From Methanomassiliicoccaceae archaeon (GTDB lineage: Archaea; Thermoplasmatota; Thermoplasmata; Methanomassiliicoccales; Methanomassiliicoccaceae): 64,000 nt of DNA. A program made the position numbers and the translations under genes. Of this stretch, positions 1 to 9,995 are shown piece by piece (the first letter of the stretch is position 1; each line of letters opens with the position of its first letter). Below the pieces are notes generated by a model that worked only from the letters and a program-made list of their open reading frames with translations, had not been told where the DNA came from and ran no database searches. The stretch lies in assembly GCA_963728405.1 (NCBI GenBank), contig CAVSJV010000005.1, positions 224,001 through 288,000 on the forward strand. Direction: 5' to 3'.

Positions 1-1
1 C

Positions 2-1450
2 AATCTAGGAGGCACCGAGGCATCCATTGGCCAGTTCGTGATCACCGGGCCTCAGGGGTGGCTGAAAGATGAGAACGACATGTCTCTTAATCAGACCTTC
101 GTGGTCCGTCCGGGAGAGCAGCTCTACTTCACTTTGGCCAACGACCTGGACAAGAGCCCGCTGGCCTCCATCTCGGCAGCGCTGCAGTCGACCATGAGCT
201 ACTGGAGGGGATGGGCTGATAAGTGCATGCTCCAGGGCCCTTACCGCGACATGGTAGTCCGCAGCGCCTTGACCCTTCAGTTGATGACCTACCCGCCCTC
301 GGGAGCGATCGTGGCCGCGCCGACCACCTCGCTCCCCGAGACGATCGGTGGTGAGATGAACTGGGACTATCGCTTCACCTGGCTCCGGGACGGCTCCTAC
401 ACGCTGCTCAGCCTGGTAATGGCCGGCTACCCTGACTTTGTCGAAAGATATGCCAAATGGGTGTACAAGACCGTCCAACCAGGTAACGTACAGATCCTCT
501 ACCCCATCGTCCCTGAGGGGCAGACCAAGGAGGAGACCCTGGACCATCTGAGAGGGTACCGTGATTCGAGGCCGGTCCGCATCGGCAACGAGGCGGCCAA
601 CCAGGTGCAACTCGATGTGTACGGCGAGCTGATGGGAGCGGGATACTTCGCATGGCGGTCGGGCTTGTTCACCCCTCCGGATGGCGGAAAGAGGATACGC
701 GCGGTCCTTGATTGGGTATGCGATAACTGGCAAATGCCGGACGCCGGTATCTGGGAGGTGCGGGGAGGCAACCGCAATTTCGTCTATGGAAAGGCCATGC
801 TGTGGTTAGCGCTGGACCGAGGGATCCAGATGTTCGAGGCGATGGATCTAGAAGGTGATATCAAGCGCTGGCGGGAGACGAAGGACATTATCCGCGAGGA
901 GATCATGACCAAGGGATGGAGCACTAAGCTCAACGCCTTCAAACAATCGTTCGAGGACGAGTACCTGGACGCGGTCAATCTCATGCTTCCCATCATGGGC
1001 TTCATCGATGGGAAGGATCCCCGCATGCAGTCGACCATCGACGCCACATTGAAGAACTTGGTGGTCAACGGCCTGTGCTACCGGTACAACGAAGCTCCGG
1101 TGGGGGTGGCCGGGAAGGAGGCGACCTTCACATTATGTACCTTCTGGCTGGTTAGTGCTATGATCATGGCCGGTCGGGTCGAGGAGGCCCGCAAGATCTA
1201 CGATAATCTGCTGGCTAAGGCCACTCCCCTCGGATTGTTCGCCGAGGAGCTCGACCCGGAGACTGGAGCGCACGTCGGCAATTTCCCGCAGGCCTTCTCC
1301 CATCTGGGGGTCATACATGCGGCGGTCAACCTTGCCTACTTCGGAGGCATCGGCAAAATAGAATTCGACCTCAGGGAGGTGGCCAATAAGGTGTACGGGA
1401 GTAGCGAGGAAGGAAGGCCCATGGTGGTCAGCACCACGGCCCAAAAGTGA
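2..1450 (+). CDS. Glycoside hydrolase family 15 (glucoamylase/trehalase-like), 5'-truncated by window edge
   Basis: GH15 motifs AAPTTSLPE, NWDYRFTWLRD, QLDVYGE, GIWEVRG, GLFAEE, GNFPQAFSH; frame is open to the window start. Confidence 0.9.
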   Translation, partial: NLGGTEASIGQFVITGPQGWLKDENDMSLNQTFVVRPGEQLYFTLANDLDKSPLASISAALQSTMSYWRGWADKCMLQGPYRDMVVRSALTLQLMTYPPSGAIVAAPTTSLPETIGGEMNWDYRFTWLRDGSYTLLSLVMAGYPDFVERYAKWVYKTVQPGNVQILYPIVPEGQTKEETLDHLRGYRDSRPVRIGNEAANQVQLDVYGELMGAGYFAWRSGLFTPPDGGKRIRAVLDWVCDNWQMPDAGIWEVRGGNRNFVYGKAMLWLALDRGIQMFEAMDLEGDIKRWRETKDIIREEIMTKGWSTKLNAFKQSFEDEYLDAVNLMLPIMGFIDGKDPRMQSTIDATLKNLVVNGLCYRYNEAPVGVAGKEATFTLCTFWLVSAMIMAGRVEEARKIYDNLLAKATPLGLFAEELDPETGAHVGNFPQAFSHLGVIHAAVNLAYFGGIGKIEFDLREVANKVYGSSEEGRPMVVSTTAQK

Positions 1451-1490
1451 AACTGAGCCAGGTACGCGTCCTGTAACCAAGGCCTATTAG

Positions 1491-1518
1491 AACGATCGAG
1501 CTCGGATGCTCGATCGTT
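1491..1518. terminator. Perfect 11-bp hairpin between the convergent GH15 and tRNA-Pro genes
   Basis: AACGATCGAGC-tcggat-GCTCGATCGTT; terminator role is inferred from position only. Confidence 0.45.
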
Positions 1519-1613
1519 TGCAACCCCTCTTTGCCCATCATAGACCGTACTCTCCGAAAAACGGGAGGAAAATATAGAGAAAGCAGGATCCAATCATTAC
1601 TTGAGATGGATAG

Positions 1614-1691
1614 TGGTGGGTCTGCCCGAATTTGAATCGGGGTCTAAGGCTCCCAAAGCCCCAAGGATGGACCAAGCTACCCCACAGACCC
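1614..1691 (-). tRNA. tRNA-Pro(TGG), CCA encoded
   Basis: Reverse strand reads GGGTCTGTGGGGTAGCTTGGTCCATCCTTGGGGCTTTGGGAGCCTTAGACCCCGATTCAAATTCGGGCAGACCCACCA; cloverleaf with anticodon loop TTTGGGA. Confidence 0.93.
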
Positions 1692-1807
1692 GTGCTACCG
1701 GTGTAAGGCGACCTCATCAATAAAGCTTATCTTTTGGTCTATTCCGGGCCAGCGTTCTTGATCGTGATTTAGGAACACTTTTTAGCTTGGTCGGCGATGG
1801 CAGCGAG

Positions 1808-2971
1808 ATGAGAAAGGTAGGGGTCATCGCCGCCGTCATAGTGTTGGCGGCCATCCTGATCGGGGCGGGGTTCTACATCGTGGTGTTGTCGATGAACGGC
1901 AGGGCCGTCGGGTTCGATCCCACCGAGCTAAACAAGCCCACCATCAACTATGCCCAGGTTGTCGACAACACCCTGCCGACGCCGCTGACCGCCACGGTCC
2001 CGACATACGACGATGTTAACCTTTTCTGGAACATCACGGAGGACGTCTATGCTGGCTTCGGCGGAGCGCTGGACCTCACCATCCAAAACAAGAATCCCGG
2101 AAAGATGTTTGTTTATTCTTTTGGCCTACAATGGGTTACCGACGGCAGCTCCTACTTCCGCAATTGCAGCGTCACCATCGACCACAACCAGAAGACGCAT
2201 GTAGGGTTGCTGATCTTCGGGGCTCCCTCCGCCGGGAACCGCGACTACAAGCTCGTGATCAAGGCCGCCGTCTCCAATGTACTGGGAACCGCGTGGCATG
2301 ACATCGGAGAGCTGCCTAGCACTTCCAACGAAGCCCTGATAATCGATATGGGCGATCCCATCAACTATAACGTCGATCTCAATGTCGGCAGCTTCTACAA
2401 CCGCATCAACGAGCGGGTGAGCTACACCGACGTTTCGGTAGTGGCCAACTATGTCGAGGCGAAGTATCCGGGTAGCTACAGCGTCCTGCAGATCGCCGAG
2501 GCGTACGCCTGGGTGAAGCAGAACGTGAACTATCTCACGGACCAATCGGGCGACTACTGGCAGAGCGCCAAAGAAACGCTGGACCTGAGGACGGGCGATT
2601 GTGAGGACCACGCCATATTGATGGCGAGCATCATCGGTGCCCTGGGCGGAAGCGCCCGGGTCAATGTGATCCAGGAGCACGCTTTCCCCACCGTGTTCGT
2701 CGCTTCCACCTACGCCGACCTGATGAAGGTAAAGCTGTCTCTAGCCTCGTATTATGGTGTGGACGCCGCCACCTTCAAGATGGCCTACCTGACCGATGAC
2801 AATGGTTACTGGCTGGTCATCGATACCACCGGCTTCCCGTATGTCGGGGGCATCCCCGCCAAATCAGAACCGACCACCGCCGACGGGAACTGGACCGTTC
2901 AATCGAGCTACCTATACTTGATCGACGCGACCGGCGTCCCCGCGTCCAACGACCCGTTCGGCCTGTTCTAG
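1808..2971 (+). CDS. Membrane-anchored transglutaminase-like domain protein
   Basis: N-terminal hydrophobic helix; WQSAKETL..TGDCEDHAILMASII, HAF and IDTT (Cys-His-Asp triad pattern). Confidence 0.8.
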   Translation: MRKVGVIAAVIVLAAILIGAGFYIVVLSMNGRAVGFDPTELNKPTINYAQVVDNTLPTPLTATVPTYDDVNLFWNITEDVYAGFGGALDLTIQNKNPGKMFVYSFGLQWVTDGSSYFRNCSVTIDHNQKTHVGLLIFGAPSAGNRDYKLVIKAAVSNVLGTAWHDIGELPSTSNEALIIDMGDPINYNVDLNVGSFYNRINERVSYTDVSVVANYVEAKYPGSYSVLQIAEAYAWVKQNVNYLTDQSGDYWQSAKETLDLRTGDCEDHAILMASIIGALGGSARVNVIQEHAFPTVFVASTYADLMKVKLSLASYYGVDAATFKMAYLTDDNGYWLVIDTTGFPYVGGIPAKSEPTTADGNWTVQSSYLYLIDATGVPASNDPFGLF

Positions 2972-3926
2972 GCCAGGATATCCTGGACGGCCTGGCGGAT
3001 CGCTTCCCTGCTGTTCAGCCGGGGCTCCCAACCGCGGGCGGTCAGCTTATCGACGGCCAGTAGCATCTTCTTGACATCCCCGACCCAACCACGACCGCCC
3101 TTCACCCCGCCGGTCCACCGATACTCAACTGTCCGGCAGCCGCATCTCATCGATCACGATATCGGCGATGTCCTTGACCGTCATCCAGTCCTTGGAACCG
3201 ATGTTGTATATCTCGACCTGTTCCTTTGCCGCTTCCGCACCGGCGACCATGCCGCTGACGCAGTCCTTGACATGGACGTACGATTTGGTCGTCCCCGGCT
3301 CGGCCCCCAGGATCTCCAGGTGCTGCGGGTCTTCCCTCAGCTTGCGGATGAAGTCATGGAGCACGTTATGCGTCGATCTCGTGCCCACCACAGTTAGCGA
3401 AGCGGTAGATGACCGCATTCTGATCGAACGTGTGACAGTAGGATGAGATAAGCGCCTCGCAGGCTAGCTTCGATGCGCCGTAGATCGATATGGGGATGAG
3501 CGGTCCGTAATCCTCCGGGGTCGGGATGACCTCCGTCTCGCCGTAGATGGTCGAGGTGGAAGGGAACATGAGGTCCTTGACCCCATGGTCCTTCCCCGCC
3601 TCCAGCAGCCGGTACGTGACCTCGATGTTCTGCTCGAAATGCACCCTGGTGTTCTTCGCCCCCAGCCTGACGTCGGGATTGGCGGCGAGATGGCACACTA
3701 CCTCCACGTCCCTGAGCGCGGGGGCCAGGTCCATGGTGAGAAGATCGCCTTCGATGAACTCGAAGTTGTCGTTCTCGAGCATGCCGGTCATGAATTCCCG
3801 CTTTCCGGCGGAGAGATTATCCAGACCTACCACGCGGTTGCCGCGGGCTAACAGCTCCTCGGCCAAATGGCTGGCTATGAAACCGGCACATCCCGTGACC
3901 ATTATCTTCCTATCACTGAGCCTCAT
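2968..3926 (-). CDS. NAD-dependent epimerase/dehydratase (extended SDR), two apparent frameshifts (~3393, ~3131)
   Basis: VTGCAGFIASH, HLAA, YGASK; continues in other frames as FANVVGTRSTHNV..KSYVHVKD and VEYRWTGG..GWVGDV. Confidence 0.88.
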
Positions 3927-4479
3927 CGAACCTTCTCCTTAGTTCCGCAGAGAAGGCTTGGACAGCCTTCCCCCGGTGGGATATACGATTCTTCTCCTCT
4001 ATTGATATTTCGGCAAATGTTTGCATGTAGCCAGATGGCACGAACAGGGGATCGAAGCCGAAGCCATCGGTCCCGGACGGCCTCAGCGCCATGGAGCCGT
4101 CGCATCGCCCGGTGACGGTGAACTCCTCGCCGTCGATGGAGGCGCCGATGCAGCATTCGAAGTGAGCGGAGCGATCATCCCGACCCTCGAGCAATCGGAG
4201 CACGCCGTCCAGCCCGATGGTCTTCAGCGCGTATGAGGAGTAGACCCCGGGGAAGCCTTTCAGGGTGTGAACGAACAGCCCCGAGTCGTCGATGACGAAG
4301 TCCTTCAGCTCCTTGTCCTTGAGCTGCTGGAGACAGGAGAGCACCACCTCCTGCAAAGAGTCGGCCTGGATCTCGTCGCAGTCCTCGGACGAGTGCTCCA
4401 CCTCGTATCCCAGGGGCGAGAGCGCCGAGCGGAACTCTCGTAGCTTGCCCTGGTTCGAGGTTACCAAACGGAGCTTCAG
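3913..4479 (-). CDS. rdgB: Non-canonical purine NTP pyrophosphatase (RdgB/HAM1); start probably CTG at 4479 (TTG at 4467 alternative)
   Basis: TSNQGK, DDSGL, GFPGVYS, GFGFDPLF, KNRISHRGKA. Confidence 0.95.
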   Translation of the reverse strand: MKLRLVTSNQGKLREFRSALSPLGYEVEHSSEDCDEIQADSLQEVVLSCLQQLKDKELKDFVIDDSGLFVHTLKGFPGVYSSYALKTIGLDGVLRLLEGRDDRSAHFECCIGASIDGEEFTVTGRCDGSMALRPSGTDGFGFDPLFVPSGYMQTFAEISIEEKNRISHRGKAVQAFSAELRRRFDEAQ

Positions 4480-5090
4480 GTGTATCTCCCCCGACCCTCG
4501 ATCTCCTTCATCTTCTTGATGACCTCATCGGCCCGATCGAAGTTCAGACGGTAGGCTCCGAGGATGAGGGGGAACTTGTCCATGAGCGTGGAGTGAGCGG
4601 ACTGGAATGCTTCCTTGAGCAGATGGATGTCCACGCCCATCTCCTCGGTCATGGCGCATCTCGAGCCCAAAGAGAAGTCAATGAACCACATCCTTCCTTC
4701 GCTCATGATCATGTTGGACATGGTCAGGTCGCCGTGCACGATGCCCGCCCGGTGCAGCAGAGCGATTAACCGCCCCATCTCCTGGCATAGTGCTTCGACC
4801 TCTTCAGGGACGGCGCGGTCCAGCTCGTCCTTGACCCGTGGACCCTTCACCTCTTCCATGGTTATCTCGGCGTTGACCATGTCGATGTCATAGATGACTG
4901 GCGTCGGCACACCGTGCTCGCGGGCCTCATGGATCAGGCGGGCCTCGTTGCGGGTGCGGGTGACCCGTAGTGCGCGGTCCAGGTCCGGATGCCTATAGCT
5001 CTTAGGCACCCTGCTCTTGACCACTACCGCCCGGCCCATCCATTCTCCGGACCGGATCTCGGCCTCCGCGCCTCTGCGTATCACTGCCAC
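4476..5090 (-). CDS. bud32: KEOPS complex kinase Bud32
   Basis: GAEAEI, KSYRHPDLD, RTRNEAR, HGDLTMSN, IDFSL, C-terminal RGRY. Confidence 0.95.
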   Translation of the reverse strand: MAVIRRGAEAEIRSGEWMGRAVVVKSRVPKSYRHPDLDRALRVTRTRNEARLIHEAREHGVPTPVIYDIDMVNAEITMEEVKGPRVKDELDRAVPEEVEALCQEMGRLIALLHRAGIVHGDLTMSNMIMSEGRMWFIDFSLGSRCAMTEEMGVDIHLLKEAFQSAHSTLMDKFPLILGAYRLNFDRADEVIKKMKEIEGRGRYT

Positions 5091-5123
5091 GAGCGTGCTA
5101 AGCGCGGCCGGCCTAATAATCTT

Positions 5124-6938
5124 TCAGGCCGCTCCCTCCGCCCCTTCGCGATCGCCCACCATGGGCAGGGAATAGAACTCCACGAGGCGCTGCTCAAGGT
5201 CCCCCACCCGCTCTATGTCGACGTCATCGGGGAACGATGCACGCACCGCCGACAGCAGGTAGCGATCGTCCATCAGTATCACCGCCGCCCGGTCCCTCTC
5301 TCCCCTTATGGCCCGTCCGGCGGCCTGCAGCACCTTCGAAACGGCCGGGTACACCTGTACGTAGAGATTTGCCTTCCTAGGTCCAAAACGCTTCTCCATG
5401 CGGTCGAGCATCCCCTCCTGCTCTCGCGAGGGCGGCGACAGGGGCAGGCCGACCACGATGACCATGCTCAATAGGTTGTCGCGAAAGTCCACCCCTTCCG
5501 AAAGTGATCCGCTGATCGCCCCCAATAATAGGTTCCGCCCTTCCCGCAGCTGGCAGAGCACAGCGTCCCGTTCGTTCTTGCCGTGCTCTCTCCTCTCGAC
5601 GACCAGGCGGCGGTCCCGGACGGACGGCTCGAGGAGCTTTTCCACTTTCCCCAGGAAATCGTAGGAGGGGAAGAACACAGCAACATTGCCCGGTACGTTC
5701 TCAACGCATCTTGCCACCTCTCGGGCCACTGATTCATACATCGCCGGGGTCCGCAACCGGAAACGGGACGACACCCCCCCGGATGCAAGCACCAGCCGGT
5801 TCTCCGGAGGGAAGGGGGAGGGATAGCGGCGGCAGATCGCTCCCTCTGCTCCCAGCACTTCGGCGAACATCTCCGGCGGGTGGAGCGTGCCGCTCATGAT
5901 CAGTGTGCTGCGCACCCGGGCCAACACCGGAGCGGTCACCAAGGATGGGTCGATCAGGCCGACCACCAGGCGGGCGGGGTCGCCGTCAACATAGCGCACC
6001 GTGGCCTGGTTCGGAGCGCTCCAGGCATATAGGAAATCGACCAGCCCATCCAGGTCCGCCCCTCGGGAGGCGGCCTCGATCTCTTCGGCCAGACCTCCGG
6101 TGTCAACGCCACAGGCATGCTTCAGCGGCCCGTCCAGGTCCTCCGCTGTCATCTTCTCGGGGCGTCTCTTCTCCATTCGGGAGAGGATCTCGGCAATGAT
6201 GTCCAGGTCCTCGGTGAAGTGTTTCAACGATGGAGATGACCGAGCCCTCTGGAGGGCTGCGGCCGTCAAAGAACCGCTCCCTCCGTCCATCACCCTATTC
6301 GGCAGGTTGTGGGCCTCGTCCACCACTACGACCGCCTCATCCTCCCGGCGCCCCAGGCGCTGCAGCAGATTGGGCCCTCGGCCGAAGATCTGGTTATAGT
6401 CCCCGATGATTACCGTCGCTTCCGCTGCAGCCCGTAGCGCCACGCGATGCGGGCAGAGGCCGGCCCGAAGGCATAGGCGCATGCCTTCCTGAGTGTGGAG
6501 CGGATAGTCGAGGAGAAGCGACTGGGAGCCCTCGGGGTCCCGCGAGAAGAAGCATTGGCGCCCTTCGGCGCATGGTGCTCTCCTGCCCTCGTGACGCGCC
6601 AGGCACATATCTTCCCTGGCTATGAGGTCGACCACTCCGATCCGGCTCTTCTTCCATATGCCCCTCAGCGTCTCGATGGCGATGGCATGCTGGGCCTGCC
6701 GAGAGGTCAGGAACAGCACCACCCCACCGCAGGCCAGGGCCGTCTCCACCGCTGCGGTCAAGGCCACCGCGGTCTTGCCCAGCCCGGTGGGGGCATGGGC
6801 AACCAGATGCGTTCTTTGGGCCATGCACATCCGGGCATCCTCGAGGAACCTCTCTTGTCCCCCGCGGACAACCCGGTGGGGGAACAAGCCTGATGCCCGC
6901 CCCTCCTCTACCCTAAGATGTACCTCGCAGGCTTCCAT
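5124..6938 (-). CDS. XPD/Rad3/DinG-family Fe-S DNA helicase
   Basis: APTGLGKT, Cys cluster, DYNQIF, VDEAHNL, MSGTL, FFPSY, SEGVDF, QAAGRAIR..D. Confidence 0.9.
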   Translation of the reverse strand: MEACEVHLRVEEGRASGLFPHRVVRGGQERFLEDARMCMAQRTHLVAHAPTGLGKTAVALTAAVETALACGGVVLFLTSRQAQHAIAIETLRGIWKKSRIGVVDLIAREDMCLARHEGRRAPCAEGRQCFFSRDPEGSQSLLLDYPLHTQEGMRLCLRAGLCPHRVALRAAAEATVIIGDYNQIFGRGPNLLQRLGRREDEAVVVVDEAHNLPNRVMDGGSGSLTAAALQRARSSPSLKHFTEDLDIIAEILSRMEKRRPEKMTAEDLDGPLKHACGVDTGGLAEEIEAASRGADLDGLVDFLYAWSAPNQATVRYVDGDPARLVVGLIDPSLVTAPVLARVRSTLIMSGTLHPPEMFAEVLGAEGAICRRYPSPFPPENRLVLASGGVSSRFRLRTPAMYESVAREVARCVENVPGNVAVFFPSYDFLGKVEKLLEPSVRDRRLVVERREHGKNERDAVLCQLREGRNLLLGAISGSLSEGVDFRDNLLSMVIVVGLPLSPPSREQEGMLDRMEKRFGPRKANLYVQVYPAVSKVLQAAGRAIRGERDRAAVILMDDRYLLSAVRASFPDDVDIERVGDLEQRLVEFYSLPMVGDREGAEGAA

Positions 6939-7036
6939 GACTGGTCGATGTCGCTAGCCCCTAGCCATCGATTGTGACTAACCGTAAGCTGCGCTCAGAA
7001 ACAGTAATAACCGCGTCGCTTGTGTAAAACTGAACG

Positions 7037-8314
7037 ATGGAGCGGGGACGGGTCGATCGGCAGCGGCAGGGGGTGCAGATCGCCGCGATTCTATTCTTGA
7101 CCGTCCTTTCGGCCTATCTGGCCCGCATATCGCTCTCGGTCGCGTTGCCGTTCATCGCCCTGGACTACGGGTGGTCCGCCGAGCAGTTGGGCGGGCTGGG
7201 CGGAGTATTGCTGGGCATATTCCTGGTCGGTTACGGACTATCGAACATATTCATCAGCCCGCTCGCCGATTGCTACGGTCCACGGAAAGGATTGCTCATT
7301 GCCGTGCTGTCGTGGTCCATACTGACCTTGCTGACCGGTGTGGTGGGAATGTACTACGCCGCGTTCATCCTGCTGCGTACATCTCTGGGGCTGGCCCAGG
7401 GGGTGGTATTCCCCGCCGCAGGAAAGATCACTCAGGCCTGGTCCCCCCCGGAGCAGAGGTCCCGGATGAATGCGCTGTACTATGGTGCCATCGCTCTGGC
7501 CAATATTCTGTCGCCGCTCCTGCTGATCCCGCTCATCATCCTTACTTCCTGGAACATCATGTTCATCGTCCTGGCGGGCCTCGGGTTCGCCCTTCTGGTG
7601 CCGATGTTCCTCTGGCTCAGGGACTCTCCCGAAGGGCCGGCAAGCTGCGAGCAGAAGACCCTGGCCGATAACGTGGTATATGCCTTCAAAAATCTGAAGG
7701 AGGCCATCCGGGTCAAGGGGTTGTTCGTCCTTACGCTGGGCCACGCTCTGGAATCGATCGTATTCTGGGGCCTCTCCATGTGGTTGCCGACCTTCTTGGT
7801 GATGGCTCGTGGCTTTTCCCCCGACGAGCTAGTGTGGGCGGCCGCGCTTCCATACTTTGGATATATAGTCGGCCTGATCGTCGGTTCCTTCCTTAGCGAC
7901 CGCACCGGCAAGCGGTCCCGGGTCACTGGTCTGTTCTGCCTGGCCGGTGCCGCGGTTTTCTTCCTTATGATCCCTCTGGTCGGAAAGTGGGAGACCATCG
8001 CTGCCCTGGGTGTGGAGTTCTTCTTCATTGCGTTGGTGGGGCCGAACGTAGCGATGTTACTTCAGGGGTGCTGCACTTCCCGACTGACCTGTTCAGCGAC
8101 AGGGATAGAGAATGGGATCGCCAACGGTTTGGGGGCACTGGGCCCCATCCTCGTCGGCCTGGTGGTGCTGATGACCGGCTCTTACAATTCGGCCTTCTTC
8201 TTGCTCGCATTCCTCCTGATCTTGAGCGGGGTGGTCATCCTGAGGTTTAAGATATACGAGCGAGAGGCTAAGTGCCCTCTCCCTGAGCGAGGAGAGAAAG
8301 ATTATCATAATTGA
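7037..8314 (+). CDS. MFS transporter
   Basis: About 12 hydrophobic helices; motif A variants LADCYGPRK and LSDRTGKR. Confidence 0.9.
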   Translation: MERGRVDRQRQGVQIAAILFLTVLSAYLARISLSVALPFIALDYGWSAEQLGGLGGVLLGIFLVGYGLSNIFISPLADCYGPRKGLLIAVLSWSILTLLTGVVGMYYAAFILLRTSLGLAQGVVFPAAGKITQAWSPPEQRSRMNALYYGAIALANILSPLLLIPLIILTSWNIMFIVLAGLGFALLVPMFLWLRDSPEGPASCEQKTLADNVVYAFKNLKEAIRVKGLFVLTLGHALESIVFWGLSMWLPTFLVMARGFSPDELVWAAALPYFGYIVGLIVGSFLSDRTGKRSRVTGLFCLAGAAVFFLMIPLVGKWETIAALGVEFFFIALVGPNVAMLLQGCCTSRLTCSATGIENGIANGLGALGPILVGLVVLMTGSYNSAFFLLAFLLILSGVVILRFKIYEREAKCPLPERGEKDYHN

Positions 8315-8331
8315 ACTCGTTTTAAATTGCC

Positions 8332-9003
8332 ATGGACAAGCTGCCCTTCGGCTGCGGGAGCCTCGACGCCATGCTGGAAGGCGGCGTGGAAGCCGGTTGC
8401 GTCACCATGCTCTACGGTGAGGCCGGCACCGGCAAGACCACGCTCTGCCTCCTGCTGGCCAAGGACGTGGCCAGGGCGGGCAAGAAAGTGATCTATCTCG
8501 ACACCGAGGGGGTGTCGATGGATCGGCTGCGCCAGGTGGCTGGACCTGATTTCGAGGGGGTGGCCAAGAACATCCTGTTCTCCGCCATCAGCAGCTTTGA
8601 CGAGCAGGAGCGGATGGTGGACAAAGCGATCAAGCTCGCCCAGAGCAGCGTGGACGTGGGCATGGTCATCATCGACTCCATATCCATGCACTATCGATTG
8701 ACCAGCCGGGAAGAGGACCGCGGGGAGCGAAAATCGTTAGCCGGTCAGTCGACCAAGCTTACCAACCTGGCCCGGGAGAAGTCCATCCCTGTTCTGGTCA
8801 CTTCTCAGGTCTACACCGACGTGGAGACGGGAACGTTCGAAGCGCTGGGCGGGCATGCCCTGCATCACAACGCCAAGCTCATCGTGCGCGTCGACAAGGC
8901 CGGGTCCGGCGGGATGAGGAGGGCGGTGCTGATGAAGGCGCGCCATCTGCCCGAAGGCCTGGTGGCGGACTTCAAGCTCACTGGCACCGGGATCAGATGC
9001 TAG
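8332..9003 (+). CDS. radB: DNA repair and recombination protein RadB
   Basis: Short RecA fold, GEAGTGKT, YLDTEG, IIDSIS, GG..L.H; lacks the RadA N-domain. Confidence 0.93.
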   Translation: MDKLPFGCGSLDAMLEGGVEAGCVTMLYGEAGTGKTTLCLLLAKDVARAGKKVIYLDTEGVSMDRLRQVAGPDFEGVAKNILFSAISSFDEQERMVDKAIKLAQSSVDVGMVIIDSISMHYRLTSREEDRGERKSLAGQSTKLTNLAREKSIPVLVTSQVYTDVETGTFEALGGHALHHNAKLIVRVDKAGSGGMRRAVLMKARHLPEGLVADFKLTGTGIRC

Positions 9004-9995
9004 GTCGTCCTGCCCACGGCGAAATCCATCAGTCCGCTTAGGAACTCCCTCTCCTTGCTGGGCGGGAGGCATTCCAGCTCCTTTTTGGCCTTCTCGGCAT
9101 AATCCGCGGCGGTCTGGCGGGCATGGTCTATGGCCCCGCAGTCCTGCAGGGCGTTGATGGCCGCTTCGATCTCTTCAGAGGTGGCCTTGGCGTTGCCCAG
9201 CGCTTTCAGCAGGGTCTTGCGCCGGGGGTCCGATCCATCGAGGCTGTGGAGCGCATGGAGCACGATCAGTGTCCGCTTGCCGTTGCGGATGTCGTTGCCG
9301 ACCGGTTTCCCTAGCGTCTTCTCGTCGCCGGTGAGGGCCAGAATATCGTCCCATACCTGGAAGCCCATGCCCAGCAGGCGGGCGTATTCCTTCATGCTGG
9401 TGATCTGCTCTTCGGTCCCGCCGGCGATGAGCGTGCCGCCCTCCGCCGCGCACTCGAACAGCACGGCGGTCTTCTTGTAGATCATGCTCATGTAATCGTC
9501 CATGGCCAGTTGGGCCGCGGGGATCTTTTCGAAGTCCATGTCCTCCTGCTGCCCTTCCGCGATGAGCCAGACGGTGTGGGCCGTGATCTTGAGGAGACGC
9601 TTCATTTGCTGAGGCGACACATCGCTCTCGGACAATACCTCGAAGGCGCGGGCGAACAGAGCGTCGCCGGCGATGATGGCGGTGGGTATGTCGAACAGCA
9701 CGTGCACTGCCGGCCGTCCCCGCCGCATCGAATCGTTGTCCATAACATCATCATGGACCAGGGTGAAGTTGTGAATGATCTCGAGCGAACAGGCGAACGG
9801 TATGGCCCTCTCTCCGGCCTTTCCCACCGCCTGCGCCACGACCTCCGCCAGTACCGGCCGTAGGCGTTTTCCGCCCGCGCTCGGATAATGCCTGACGGCC
9901 ATCATCAGCTTCTTATCATCGTCCCCCGCAAGGTACGACATGACCTGCCCATCTACAACTTTAGCTCGCTTGGTGATCTCTTTCAGGACATCCAT
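9000..9995 (-). CDS. idsA: Geranylgeranyl diphosphate synthase (polyprenyl synthetase)
   Basis: GGKRLRP, HNFTLVHDDVMD..RRG, GQQED, KKTA, FQVWDD, GND..GKRT; true start MDVLKE at 9995. Confidence 0.93.
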   Translation of the reverse strand: MDVLKEITKRAKVVDGQVMSYLAGDDDKKLMMAVRHYPSAGGKRLRPVLAEVVAQAVGKAGERAIPFACSLEIIHNFTLVHDDVMDNDSMRRGRPAVHVLFDIPTAIIAGDALFARAFEVLSESDVSPQQMKRLLKITAHTVWLIAEGQQEDMDFEKIPAAQLAMDDYMSMIYKKTAVLFECAAEGGTLIAGGTEEQITSMKEYARLLGMGFQVWDDILALTGDEKTLGKPVGNDIRNGKRTLIVLHALHSLDGSDPRRKTLLKALGNAKATSEEIEAAINALQDCGAIDHARQTAADYAEKAKKELECLPPSKEREFLSGLMDFAVGRTT

